Shown: positions 48,314 through 57,456, counted from the first letter of the stretch. The stretch: 64,000 bases of DNA from an uncultured Actinomycetes bacterium (GCA_963755675.1 CAVWLK010000040.1:57584-121583), one strand, 5' to 3'. Notes: generated by a model not told the origin, from the sequence alone. Numbers and translations: made by a program.

Positions 48314-49563
48314 ACCGGGTGACTACTCTCTCTGATGTCTACCTCGACAACGCTGCCTTCGCAGAGCGCGTGCCCCATGAGACGTTCGCGGTGATGCGGG
48401 ACGAGGCTCCGGTGCACTGGTACGACTGGGAGCACGGCAAAGGTTTCTGGTGCATCACTCGCTACGACGACATCGTCGCGGCGATGAAGGACTGGCGCAC
48501 GTTCTCGTCCGAGACCGGTGCCACCGCCCTGGAGGACCTCGACCCGGACCAGATCGAGGCCCGCAAGTCGATGCTCGATACCGATCCGCCCAAGCACTCG
48601 AGCCTGCGCGCGATCGTGAACAAGGGGTTCACGCCCCGCGCCGTGGCGGCTTACGAGGATCTGCTGCGCGAGCTGACCCGCTCGATCCTCGACCAGGCAC
48701 TGCCGATGGGCGAGTTCGACTTCATCGAGGAGGTCGCCAAGCAGCTGCCGATCCAGGTGCTGTGCCGGATCCTGGGCGTGCCGCTGCAGGACGACGAGCA
48801 GCTGATCGCGTGGGGCGACAAGATGATCGGCAACACCGATCCTGATCTGGGCGGCCTGCATCCCGCCAGCCCGGAGAGCGCCGAGTACCGGCTCTACCCG
48901 TTCCGCAGCCCTTACGCGATGGAGGTGTTCCAGTACGGCCATCGCATTGCCGCCGTCCGCCGAGACGACCCCAAGGACGACCTCGTCTCGAAGCTGGTGA
49001 CGTGGGAGGACGAGGACGGAAAACGGCTGACCGAGCAGGAGTTCGACACGATGTTCCTGCTGCTGGTGGTGGCCGGCAACGAGACCACCCGCCAGTCGAT
49101 CGCCCACGGAATGAAGGTGCTGATGGACAACCCCGACGCGATGCGCCGGCTGCGCGACGATCCCGGGCTGATGCCGACGGCGGTCGAGGAGATCATGCGC
49201 TGGTCGTCGCCCGTGATCCACTTCAGGCGTACGGCCACCGTCGATACGGAGATGCACGGGACGCGCATCGCGGCCGGCGACAAGGTCGTGCTGTGGCTGA
49301 TTTCGGGCAACTACGACGAGCGCCAGTTTCCGGAGCCGCTGCGGTTCGACATCGAGCGGCGCCCTAACAACCACGTCACGTTCGGCCGCGGCGGCCCTCA
49401 CTTCTGCCTCGGAGCGCACCTCGCGAAGCTGGAGACGAAGGTGTTGTTCGAGGAGCTGCTGCCGCGGCTCGGATCGATCGAGCAGACCGGGCCGGCGCGG
49501 CGGGTCGAGTCGAACTTCACGAACGCGTACAAGTCGATGCCGGTGCGGGTCACCGGCGCATGA
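48310..49563 (+). CDS. Cytochrome P450
   Basis: ATG 48310 overlaps the ALDH stop (ATGA). 417 aa with I-helix LLLVVAGNETTR, EXXR motif EEIMRW and heme loop FGRGGPHFCLGAHLA. Confidence 0.92.
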   Translation: MNRVTTLSDVYLDNAAFAERVPHETFAVMRDEAPVHWYDWEHGKGFWCITRYDDIVAAMKDWRTFSSETGATALEDLDPDQIEARKSMLDTDPPKHSSLRAIVNKGFTPRAVAAYEDLLRELTRSILDQALPMGEFDFIEEVAKQLPIQVLCRILGVPLQDDEQLIAWGDKMIGNTDPDLGGLHPASPESAEYRLYPFRSPYAMEVFQYGHRIAAVRRDDPKDDLVSKLVTWEDEDGKRLTEQEFDTMFLLLVVAGNETTRQSIAHGMKVLMDNPDAMRRLRDDPGLMPTAVEEIMRWSSPVIHFRRTATVDTEMHGTRIAAGDKVVLWLISGNYDERQFPEPLRFDIERRPNNHVTFGRGGPHFCLGAHLAKLETKVLFEELLPRLGSIEQTGPARRVESNFTNAYKSMPVRVTGA

Positions 49564-49605
49564 GGTCATGAGACACTGACGAAGCACTCTCGGAAAGGGC
49601 GGTAG

Positions 49606-50934
49606 ATGGCAGACAGCAAGCTGGCCGAGCTCGAGCGCAGGGGCGTGACGACGATCCGCATCTGCTATCCCGACCTGCACGGCATCTGCCGCGGCAAGGA
49701 GTTTCCGGCCGCCTTCTTCGAGCACCTCGTGGACGACGGAGCGGCGCACTGCGAGGCGATCATGACCGTGGATCTGCGCCACAACGTGGTGGCCGGCTTC
49801 GAGCACGGATTCCAGGACATCGTTGCCCGGCCCGACGTCACGACGCTCGCACAGGTGCCGTGGGATCCGGCAGTGGCGTGGTGCATCGCCGATCTCGCCA
49901 GGATGGACGGCTCGGAGTTCGGCGTCGACTCGCGCGGCGTGCTGAGGCGAGCGGTGGCGGAGTTCACTGCGGAGGGACTGGTGCCGGTGATGGGCCCGGA
50001 GCTCGAGTTCTATCTCTGCCAGGCCGACCCCGAGGCGCCGAACGGCTACTCGCGCTACGTGAACAACGATAGCCACGTCTACACGGTGGGAGCCGTTGCC
50101 GATCCGCGCGGCGTGCTGCGCCAGATGATGCACGCCTGCGCCGACCTTGGGCTGGGCGCGTACGCCGCCAACCACGAGTACGGACGCTCGCAGTACGAGA
50201 TCAACCTGCGCCACTCCGAGGCGCTCGACGCCGCCGACCGCGCCTTCCTGTTCAAGACCACGGTGAAGGAGATGGCGGCCGTGAACGGCCTGCTGGCGAC
50301 CTTCATCGGCAAGCCGTTCAACGACGACGAGGGCTCGGGGTTCCACCTCCACCTGTCCCTGGGCGACGAGACCGGCGCCAACCTGCTGAACGGCGACGGG
50401 CCGGAGGGGCTCTCGCCGCTCGCCCACCACTTCCTGGCCGGCCTGCTCGAACATGGCCCGGCGCTGATGGCGTTCTTCAACCCCACGACCAACGCCTATC
50501 ACCGCATCACTGAGGAGGCGCTGGTGCCGACGCTGGTCAGCTGGGGCCACGACAACCGGCTGTGCATGGCTCGCGTCCCGCGCGAGCGGGGCAAGGCCAC
50601 GCGGATCGAGCTGCGGCTCGGCGACGGGTCGTCGAACCCCTACCTGGCAACCGCCGCGGCGCTGTTCGCAGGGCTGGACGGTATCCGCCGCAAGCTGGAT
50701 CCGCCGGAGCCGTTCGAGGGACTGATCTACGAACAGCCCGCCGCCGAGGAGTGCACACCGCTGCCGCGCACCTTCGATGCGGCGATCGAGGCGCTGGACG
50801 GCGACACGCTGATCAAGGAGGCGATGGGCGAGGAGCTGGTCAACACCTTCCTGACGATCAAGGCGGCGGAGCTCGAACGGTGCAAGAAATGGGTCACCGA
50901 CTGGGAGTTCCGCGAGTACACGCACCACCTGTGA
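49606..50934 (+). CDS. Glutamine synthetase family protein (gamma-glutamyl-amine ligase-like, GlnA3/PuuA type)
   Basis: 442 aa. An N-terminal beta-grasp (TIRICYPDLHGICRGKEF) is followed by catalytic-domain motifs GPELEFYL, NHEYGRSQYEINL, GSGFHLHLSL, NAYHR and TRIELRLGDGSSNPYL. Confidence 0.88.
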   Translation: MADSKLAELERRGVTTIRICYPDLHGICRGKEFPAAFFEHLVDDGAAHCEAIMTVDLRHNVVAGFEHGFQDIVARPDVTTLAQVPWDPAVAWCIADLARMDGSEFGVDSRGVLRRAVAEFTAEGLVPVMGPELEFYLCQADPEAPNGYSRYVNNDSHVYTVGAVADPRGVLRQMMHACADLGLGAYAANHEYGRSQYEINLRHSEALDAADRAFLFKTTVKEMAAVNGLLATFIGKPFNDDEGSGFHLHLSLGDETGANLLNGDGPEGLSPLAHHFLAGLLEHGPALMAFFNPTTNAYHRITEEALVPTLVSWGHDNRLCMARVPRERGKATRIELRLGDGSSNPYLATAAALFAGLDGIRRKLDPPEPFEGLIYEQPAAEECTPLPRTFDAAIEALDGDTLIKEAMGEELVNTFLTIKAAELERCKKWVTDWEFREYTHHL

Positions 50935-52115
50935 GCGCGATCTCCTCGTTTGCCGAGTCGGTCACCGTCGAGGATCTGGAACGCGATCCGTACCCGATCT
51001 ACGCCCGCCTGCGCTCGGACGCGCCGGTCTGCCACATTCCGGCCGTCGCACTGACGCTGGTCACGCGCTGGGACGACGTCCAGCACGTCGCCCGCCACCC
51101 GCACCTGTTCACGGCGGACGTTGCGTCCTCGCCGCTCACGCGCACTCTCGGCCAGAACATGCTGACGCTCGACGGTGAGCGCCAGAAACGGATCCGCGCG
51201 ACGATCGACCCGTCGATGCGGCCGCGGCGGGTGGAGCAGTACGCGCCGGACGTGATCCTGCCGATCGCCGAGCGGCACCTCGCGGCGCTGCAAGATCGCG
51301 GCGGCGGCGAGTTGATGGCGGAGTACTGCGAGCCGGTCTCGGTGCTTGCGCTGGGAGCCGTGATGGGGCTGGGTGACGTCGACGCCGACACGCTTCGACG
51401 CTGGTTCGGATCGCTGGCGCTGGGCGGCGCCAACTTCGAATCGGATCCGGCCAAGCAGGCGATCGCCGACGCGGCGAGCGCGGAGGTCGACAGCCGGGTG
51501 ATGCCACTGCTCGAACGGCTCGAAGCCGAGCCAGATGACAGCGTGCTGTCGCAGATGCTGCACATCGATCCGCCCACGGGCGGCCGGCTGTCCAAGGCGG
51601 AGGTGTTGGCCAACCTGAAGCTGATCCTGCTGGGCGGCATGCAGGAGCCTGGACATGCGCTCGGCATCACGCTGTGGGCGCTACTCACTCATCCTGAGGC
51701 GCTGGCCGAGGTGCGCGGCGATCCCGGCATGCTCGCCTCCGCGATCGAGGAGGCGCTGCGCTGGCACTCCCCGGTCGGCACGCAGACGCGCCAGGTGACG
51801 GAGCGGACGCAGATCGCCGGCGTGGAGCTGGAGCCGGGGACGGTGGTTGCGGCCGTGCTGGCATCGGCCAACCGCGATGAGCGGCACTGGAGCGATCCGG
51901 AGCGCTTCGATGTCCATCGCAGCGGCGCCCACGCCGGATTCGGACTTGGCGCGCATCACTGCGCGGGTGCGCCGCTGGCCCGCAACGAGGTGCTGTTGCC
52001 GTTGCGGCTGCTGCTGGAGCGGCTGCCCACGCTACGGCTCGACCCAGCCCACACGGTGGAGCTGTCGGGCTGGGAGTTCCGCGCGCCGCTCGCCCTGCAC
52101 GCACGATGGGACTGA
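50931..52115 (+). CDS. Cytochrome P450
   Basis: GTG 50931 overlaps the upstream stop (GTGA). 394 aa with ILLGGMQEPGH, EEALRW and heme loop GFGLGAHHCAGAPLA. Confidence 0.9.
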   Translation: MSAISSFAESVTVEDLERDPYPIYARLRSDAPVCHIPAVALTLVTRWDDVQHVARHPHLFTADVASSPLTRTLGQNMLTLDGERQKRIRATIDPSMRPRRVEQYAPDVILPIAERHLAALQDRGGGELMAEYCEPVSVLALGAVMGLGDVDADTLRRWFGSLALGGANFESDPAKQAIADAASAEVDSRVMPLLERLEAEPDDSVLSQMLHIDPPTGGRLSKAEVLANLKLILLGGMQEPGHALGITLWALLTHPEALAEVRGDPGMLASAIEEALRWHSPVGTQTRQVTERTQIAGVELEPGTVVAAVLASANRDERHWSDPERFDVHRSGAHAGFGLGAHHCAGAPLARNEVLLPLRLLLERLPTLRLDPAHTVELSGWEFRAPLALHARWD

Positions 52116-52426
52116 CGGTGGCTGACTGGAAAACAGTCGCCGAAAGCGACGAACTGCCGGACGGCGAGATGATCGAGGTCGACAACCGCGGCGAGCCGCT
52201 GGTGATCGCGCGCGCGGCCGGCGGCCTGTACGCGTTCGAAGGCTGGTGCACGCATGAGGAGTGCCCGCTCTCGCAGGGCCAGTTGACCGAGCACCGGCTC
52301 GAGTGCTACTGCCATGGCGCAGTGTTCGACGTCCGCACCGGCGAGGCGCTAGTCGGGCCGGCCGTGGCTTCGCTCGAGACCTACCCCGTGCGCGAGCAGG
52401 ACGGCGAGATCCAGGTCGAGATGTAG
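52106..52426 (+). CDS. Rieske-type [2Fe-2S] ferredoxin
   Basis: 106 aa with CTHEECPL...CYCHGAVFDVRTGE. It overlaps the P450 3' end by 10 nt. Confidence 0.88.
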   Translation: MGLTVADWKTVAESDELPDGEMIEVDNRGEPLVIARAAGGLYAFEGWCTHEECPLSQGQLTEHRLECYCHGAVFDVRTGEALVGPAVASLETYPVREQDGEIQVEM

Positions 52427-52429
52427 GCG

Positions 52430-53419
52430 CTAAGCAGCGCGGCCGCGGCCGCGCTGCTTGACGTCGTACATGGCGAGATCCGCGGCGCGGATCAGTTCAT
52501 CGCCGGTCGCGGCGTTGTCAGGGAAGATTGCGGCGCCGACGCTACCGGCAACCTCCAGCCAAACGCCCTCGACGTCGACAGGTAGGTGCAGCTGTGCTTG
52601 CACGCGGTCGTACAGCACGTCCAGCGCGTCTCTGTCGGTCCCGGCCAGGCTGACAATCATCAGGAACTCGTCACCGCCCAGGCGCGCGACCACGTCGCCG
52701 CCGCGCGCGGCCGCGGAGAGGCGGTTGCCCACAGCCCGCAGCACCGCGTCTCCGGCCGCGTGGCCATGGCGGTCGTTGATCTGCTTGAAGCCGTCGAGGT
52801 CGATGAACAACACCGCCACGGACGACCCCTCGCGTCGGGCGCGGTCCAGCGCGACGTCGAGGTGCTCCTGGAACTGTGCCCGGTTCGGCAGCCCGGTCAG
52901 GTGATCGTGGTAGGCGAGGTGAGCGAGCCGTCTGTGGGCCTCCGCCAGCTGCTCCTCGACGCGGTGGCGATCGGTGATGTCGGTCACGATCCCGTCCACC
53001 AGCAGCCTGCCGTCGTCCGTCGCGCGGGGCACGCACCGCTCCCAGACCCAGCGGGTGGCGCCGTCGAAGCCCACCAGCCGATACTCGGTCTCGGTCGCCT
53101 CTCCCTTGTAGAGCGCCGGGAAGCCCGCCTCGTACGCCTGCCGGTCGTCGGGGTGGATGCAGGACTCCCATGCCAGTTCCTGATCCATGCCCTCGGGGAC
53201 GCCACCCAGCAGGCTGTCCAGCGCCTGGCCTATCCAGACGTGGCAGACGTAGTCGAGCTCGCCCAGCATCTCCATCTCGTACATGTGCACGCCGGCGGAC
53301 GCGGCCACGCGCCGGAGCAGCGCGGCCATGGCGGCATCCTGATCAGGGGGTTCAACTGGGGGCATCGGTCGATCCGCGAACGGGTCACGGTTTGCATCGG
53401 CTGATACACGCTCGATCAT
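52430..53419 (-). CDS. PAS domain-containing diguanylate cyclase (GGDEF)
   Basis: Start at ATG 53419 gives 329 aa. PAS motifs are CIHPDDRQAYEAGF...EYRLVGFDGATRWV. The GGDEF domain reads HDHLTGLPNR...LFIDLDGFKQINDRHGHAAGD...ARLGGDEFLMI. Confidence 0.9.
   Translation of the reverse strand: MIERVSADANRDPFADRPMPPVEPPDQDAAMAALLRRVAASAGVHMYEMEMLGELDYVCHVWIGQALDSLLGGVPEGMDQELAWESCIHPDDRQAYEAGFPALYKGEATETEYRLVGFDGATRWVWERCVPRATDDGRLLVDGIVTDITDRHRVEEQLAEAHRRLAHLAYHDHLTGLPNRAQFQEHLDVALDRARREGSSVAVLFIDLDGFKQINDRHGHAAGDAVLRAVGNRLSAAARGGDVVARLGGDEFLMIVSLAGTDRDALDVLYDRVQAQLHLPVDVEGVWLEVAGSVGAAIFPDNAATGDELIRAADLAMYDVKQRGRGRAA
52432..52459. terminator. Perfect 28-bp palindrome (bidirectional terminator-like hairpin) at convergent gene ends
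   Basis: AAGCAGCGCGGCCGCGGCCGCGCTGCTT is its own reverse complement. It starts 6 nt after the ferredoxin stop and overlaps the last codons (KQRGRGRAA) of the minus-strand GGDEF gene. Confidence 0.55.
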
Positions 53420-53454
53420 GAGGCCCTGGGGTGTGAGCTGGCGGCGGCTCGGTG

Positions 53455-53533
53455 AGGGGTCAGACCCCTGCGGGGTCAGACCCCGGTGCCACTTGTCCGG
53501 TGCCAGGCAACGCGGCACGCGGTGCCTGGCACC
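53455..53533. repeat. Second copy of the REP-like element, joined to a GGTGCC(A/T)GGCACC palindrome pair
   Basis: 53455-53487 is identical to 40661-40693 (33 nt: AGGGGTCAGACCCCTGCGGGGTCAGACCCCGGT). It is followed by GGTGCCAGGCA (53499-53509) and the perfect palindrome GGTGCCTGGCACC (53521-53533). Confidence 0.85.
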
Positions 53534-53580
53534 ATCGAGCCGCGACCCTGCGACGCGAGTGGCCGCTCCATCCCGATGTC

Positions 53581-54714
53581 TCAGCCCCGCCGCTCGAGCG
53601 CCATCGCCGCGGCGTAGGCGGCTCGCACGTCGCCCTCGTTCCAGGCGTGCGGATTCACGGTGAGGCAGTAGTCGGCCAGCGAGAGCTCGACCAGCCGATC
53701 GATGTGGCGATCCTCCACCCCCGCCTCGCGCAGCGTCGGCAGACCGATCTCGGCCAGCAGCCGCCCAACTGCGCGGATTGCCCGCGAACCGTCGCCGGAG
53801 CCGTCCGCCGGCTCGCCCAGCGCGTCAGCCACACGCTCCAGCCGCTCCGAGCACTCGGGCCGGTTGATTTCCAGCGTCTCGGCCAGCACCAGGCCGACCG
53901 TCAGGCCATGAGGCAGGCCCAGCGTCGAGCCGATCGAGTGGCCCAGCGCGTGGTCGGCGCCGCAGTCGGACAGGTTCATGGCCAGACCCGCCATCAGGCT
54001 GCCGAGGCTCATCTCCGTCCTGGCCTCCCGGTCGCCGCCGTCGGCGACGGCGCGGCCGAGGCCGGCGGCGACGTGGCGGCACGCCTCGAGCCCGATCGCC
54101 ACCGAGAGCGGATTGCCGTTCGAGACGATCACCCCGCCGATCGCCTGGGCGAGTGCGTCCGCCCCCGTCCAAGCCGTCGCATCGCGCGGAAGGCCCAGGG
54201 TGAGCAGTGGGTCGACCACGGCGTCCTGCGCCCGCATCAGAGGATGGGCGGCACCCAGCTTGCGACCGTGCTCGACGTCCACGACCACCGCACCGCCCGA
54301 GACCTCGCTCCCTGTGCCGGACGTGGTGGGAACCGTGATCAACTCGATGCGCGGCGGCACCACGTCGACCTCGCCGGCCACGAAGCGCTGGAACGGTTCC
54401 GCCTGGTCCGCGACCAGCCGCGCGGCCTTCGCCAGGTCGAGAGCCGAGCCGCCGCCGACGGCCAGGATCACCTGCGGCGCGAACTCGGCCACGCGCTCGG
54501 CCGCGGCCGCGATCAGCTCAAAGGTGGGCTCGCCCGACGGCTTGGCCAAGAGCTCGAGTCCCGCCGTCGCGGCCGCCACGGCCGGGATCGCGGCCACCGG
54601 CCCCTCGATGATCGCAAGCGCTCGGCGACCGCCGATCAACTCCGGAATCTGCTCCGCGGCCCCCTCGCCAAACCGGATCCGCACCGGCAGGTGGGCGGCG
54701 AACGCCGGGATCAC
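53581..54714 (-). CDS. Iron-containing (group III) alcohol dehydrogenase
   Basis: 377 aa with AVGGGSALDLAKA and metal-site histidines in GADHALGHSIG. Confidence 0.88.
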   Translation of the reverse strand: MIPAFAAHLPVRIRFGEGAAEQIPELIGGRRALAIIEGPVAAIPAVAAATAGLELLAKPSGEPTFELIAAAAERVAEFAPQVILAVGGGSALDLAKAARLVADQAEPFQRFVAGEVDVVPPRIELITVPTTSGTGSEVSGGAVVVDVEHGRKLGAAHPLMRAQDAVVDPLLTLGLPRDATAWTGADALAQAIGGVIVSNGNPLSVAIGLEACRHVAAGLGRAVADGGDREARTEMSLGSLMAGLAMNLSDCGADHALGHSIGSTLGLPHGLTVGLVLAETLEINRPECSERLERVADALGEPADGSGDGSRAIRAVGRLLAEIGLPTLREAGVEDRHIDRLVELSLADYCLTVNPHAWNEGDVRAAYAAAMALERRG

Positions 54715-55265
54715 TACCCGGCGCTCCGGAACTGGCCGCGCAGCCGTTCCATGCCAGCAAATCCGCTCTCGATCAGGGGTGTGGTCAGCGTGGCATCGCC
54801 GTAGCGGTACGCGTACGCGGCCAGCTGCGCCGGGTCGTGGAAGTACGCCAGCCGAAGCGTGAGCCCGAATGCGGGCTCGATCTCGAACGCGATGATGCGG
54901 AAGCCGAGCTTCAGCTTCGGCACCAGCACGGCGTTGTTGCCGACGCCGTGCTCGCTCAGGATGCGCTCGAATCCAAGCTCGGCGGTGTAGGCGATCACAC
55001 GCCGCACGATCTCGGTGTAGAGCCCCTGGCCCTGGTGATCGGGATGCACCTGGGCATGCGTCATCAGGTACGCGGCACCCGACTGCTGGCGGCCGCTGAA
55101 CAGCGCCACCGGCTGGCCTCCCTCGCGGACGACCCAGTTCTCGGTCAGGCGGCTGCCACCCTCCGACTCCACCACCCGCTCACGCCGTGCGCGATCGTCC
55201 TCGCCGCACAGCTGGTCGAAGTCGAAGTACACCTCGGGCGGCCAGTGTTCTCGCCACATCGGCAC
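54714..55265 (-). CDS. GNAT-family N-acetyltransferase
   Basis: 183 aa. The acetyl-CoA region reads VHPDHQGQGLYTEIVRRVIAYTAELGF. The in-frame sequence upstream of GTG 55265 (DGWAWANPIRERHFGPPLLGRFALERVTEGEYW) looks coding but has no start codon, so the N-terminus is uncertain. Confidence 0.75.
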   Translation of the reverse strand: MPMWREHWPPEVYFDFDQLCGEDDRARRERVVESEGGSRLTENWVVREGGQPVALFSGRQQSGAAYLMTHAQVHPDHQGQGLYTEIVRRVIAYTAELGFERILSEHGVGNNAVLVPKLKLGFRIIAFEIEPAFGLTLRLAYFHDPAQLAAYAYRYGDATLTTPLIESGFAGMERLRGQFRSAG

Positions 55266-55403
55266 CCAGCGCGACCAGTACTCGCCCTCCGTGACCCGCT
55301 CCAGCGCGAAGCGCCCCAGCAGCGGAGGCCCGAAGTGCCGCTCGCGGATCGGGTTCGCCCATGCCCAGCCGTCGTCCCTATCACGAGCCTAGCAAGGCGG
55401 GAT

Positions 55404-57456
55404 CTAGGGGCCGTGCACGATCGCGCCCAGATCGGGCCTGCCGGTCGCGGTCACGGGGACAAAGTCGAAGCCGTCGGGGATGTGCAGGTAGCCGTGCGCG
55501 GTGCCCCCGATGCCGCGGTGCCCGTAGTGCCAGACGATGCGCTGGGTGGCGGGATCGATGACCACGATCCGGTCGTTGTAATCGTCGACGACGATGATCT
55601 TGCCGTTCGGCAGCATCGCCGCAAGGCTCGGGTGGTCGAGTTGGGCGGCGGCATCCCGGGCCTTGTAGCGCCATATCAGGCGGCCGCTGTGGCGGTCAAT
55701 GATCACCACCCCGCCCGGGCTCGAGTAGTCCGCGAGCAGGATGTTGCCGTTCAGCGTCAGCTGGGGATCCGACGGATAGGCCACGGGAGCGTGCAGGCTG
55801 CGCACGAGCTTGCCACCCAGCGTGATCTCGTCGACCCATGATCCGTAGATCTCGGAAACGAGGATGTTGCCGTTCGGCAGCGGGGTGTCTCCGTTGGGAG
55901 AGCCCAGGCCGGCCGGTGGGTTGTGGACGCAGTACCCAGGGCGGCCGATCGATCGCACGACGCGCTTGCCCGGATCTCCAGCAGCCGGCAGTTCTTGTCG
56001 TCCGAGACGATCACCAGCCCGTTTCGCAGCTTGTAGGCGTCGTCCGGCGTGTTCAGGTACCCCGGGCCGGAGCCGGCGACACCGGAATGCCCGTAGCTCC
56101 AGATCAGCCTGCCGGACGGGTAGGCGATCTGCACGATGTCGTGGTTGTCCTCCTCGTTGGAGATGATCGACCGGGTGCCCGGCACGAAGAACGCGTCGTC
56201 GTCGAATGAGAGCCGGCGCTGTCCGGGCCGACTGGGGTAGCGCCAGATGATGCGGTGGGAGGGGTTGACGATCAGCATCCGGTTGTTGCCACGGTCGGCA
56301 ATCAGCAGGTCACCTGGCAGCGGACCGCTGAACTTGGCCGGCACGGCGTGGATCTCGGCGTCGCGGGAGCGGCGGACGCCGGCCTCACGTCGACCTGCAG
56401 CACCGCCGAGGTCGGTCCGCTGCCGTCGTTGCCGCCCACCACCACCAACCGGCCTCCGACACCCGCCACGCCGGCGTCGGACAGCGGCCGGGACAGGTGT
56501 GCGACGACGCTCGCCGCCCCCGAGGGGCTCACCGCGATCACCGATGAGGTGGGGGCGCCGTCCGACCCGAGCCCTCCAACCACGTACATCACTCCCCCAA
56601 GCGTTCCAGCCGACGCATGCATCAGCGGATGCGGCAGCGAACCGACGCGCCTGACCGAGCCGCTGGATGGTGAGAACCGGTACACCGCGTCGCTCGCTCC
56701 ATGCTCCGTGCGCCCGCCGGCGATCATCACGTCCCGGCCCACAGATGCCACGGCGGCGTACCGCAGCGCGACGGGCAGACGGCCGACGACTCGCACCCGC
56801 GTCCCTGTCACCGCCTCGATCCGGCTTGACCACGAGCTCCCCGTATAGCCGCCGACGACGTAGGCCGTGTCGCCGATGGTTGCCACCGCGAGGTCGGAGA
56901 GCGGCGTGGGCAAGAGGGCCACCGTCCGGGTCACGCCGCTGGCGGGGTCGAAGCGGGCGATTGCCGGATAGCTCTGGCTCTGCCCTCCTCCCAAAATCAG
57001 GAGCCGGCCGCCGGTCGTGGCGGCCGCGGCGTCATGGATCGCAACCGGCAGTGCGCCGGCCCGTGACACCCTGCTGCCGCGCAGGACGCTCACCGTCGCC
57101 GTCGAGGCGCCCGATGAGTCGAGGCCGCCGAAGGCATACACCCTGTCGCCAAGGGCGGTGACAGCCGCGTCCTGGACAGGCTGGGCGAGGCTCGCGATTC
57201 TTCGTACGCGAACGACAGTCTTCGGATCCCTATGGGCGGCCGGCGGATCGGTGGTGGTGGACGGCCGGGGCGTGCCGGATGAGTACGCGACGCGAGCCGC
57301 ACGGCCGTCGCCACTCGACCGCGCCGCAATCAGGTAGCCGCCCCCGGAGGCCACGAGGATGGCGACCAACACCGCCACGGCAACCGCCCGCCGGCGGCGA
57401 ACCCGCGCCCGACGGGCGGAACGCTCGGGGCCGGAAGGTCGCTGGCCGGGGGTCAC
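55404..57456 (-). pseudogene. Membrane-anchored double beta-propeller protein (Kelch repeats + NHL/ASST-like repeats), two frameshifts
   Basis: An N-terminal TM anchor (AVAVAVLVAILVASGGGYLIA) is followed by Kelch-like blades (VYAFGG, LLILGG, AYVVGG, VMIAGG, MYVVGG, LVVVGG). After ~56380 comes a second propeller (LLIADRGNNRMLIVNPSHRIIWRY, LVIVSDDKNCRLLEI). After ~55970 the reading continues in ORF 55404..55958 (IIVVDDYNDRIVVIDPATQRIVWHY). Confidence 0.75.

Noticed and set aside
52432-52459. The 28-bp palindrome contains overlapping GCGGCCGC (NotI) sites, raising the possibility of a cloning or adapter artefact.
   Set aside because: It is embedded in-frame at the end of an otherwise normal GGDEF gene and is flanked by native-looking sequence on both sides. 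GC-rich palindromic terminators are common in high-GC genomes.
53418-53663. Small ORFs reading across the palindromic repeat elements, for example 53418..53663 (81 aa) and 40682..40879 (65 aa), which encode GSDP/GVRP/GTRCLAP-like peptides.
   Set aside because: These translations are produced by the palindromes themselves. There is no RBS and no protein-like composition, and the same DNA motif occurs in both orientations.
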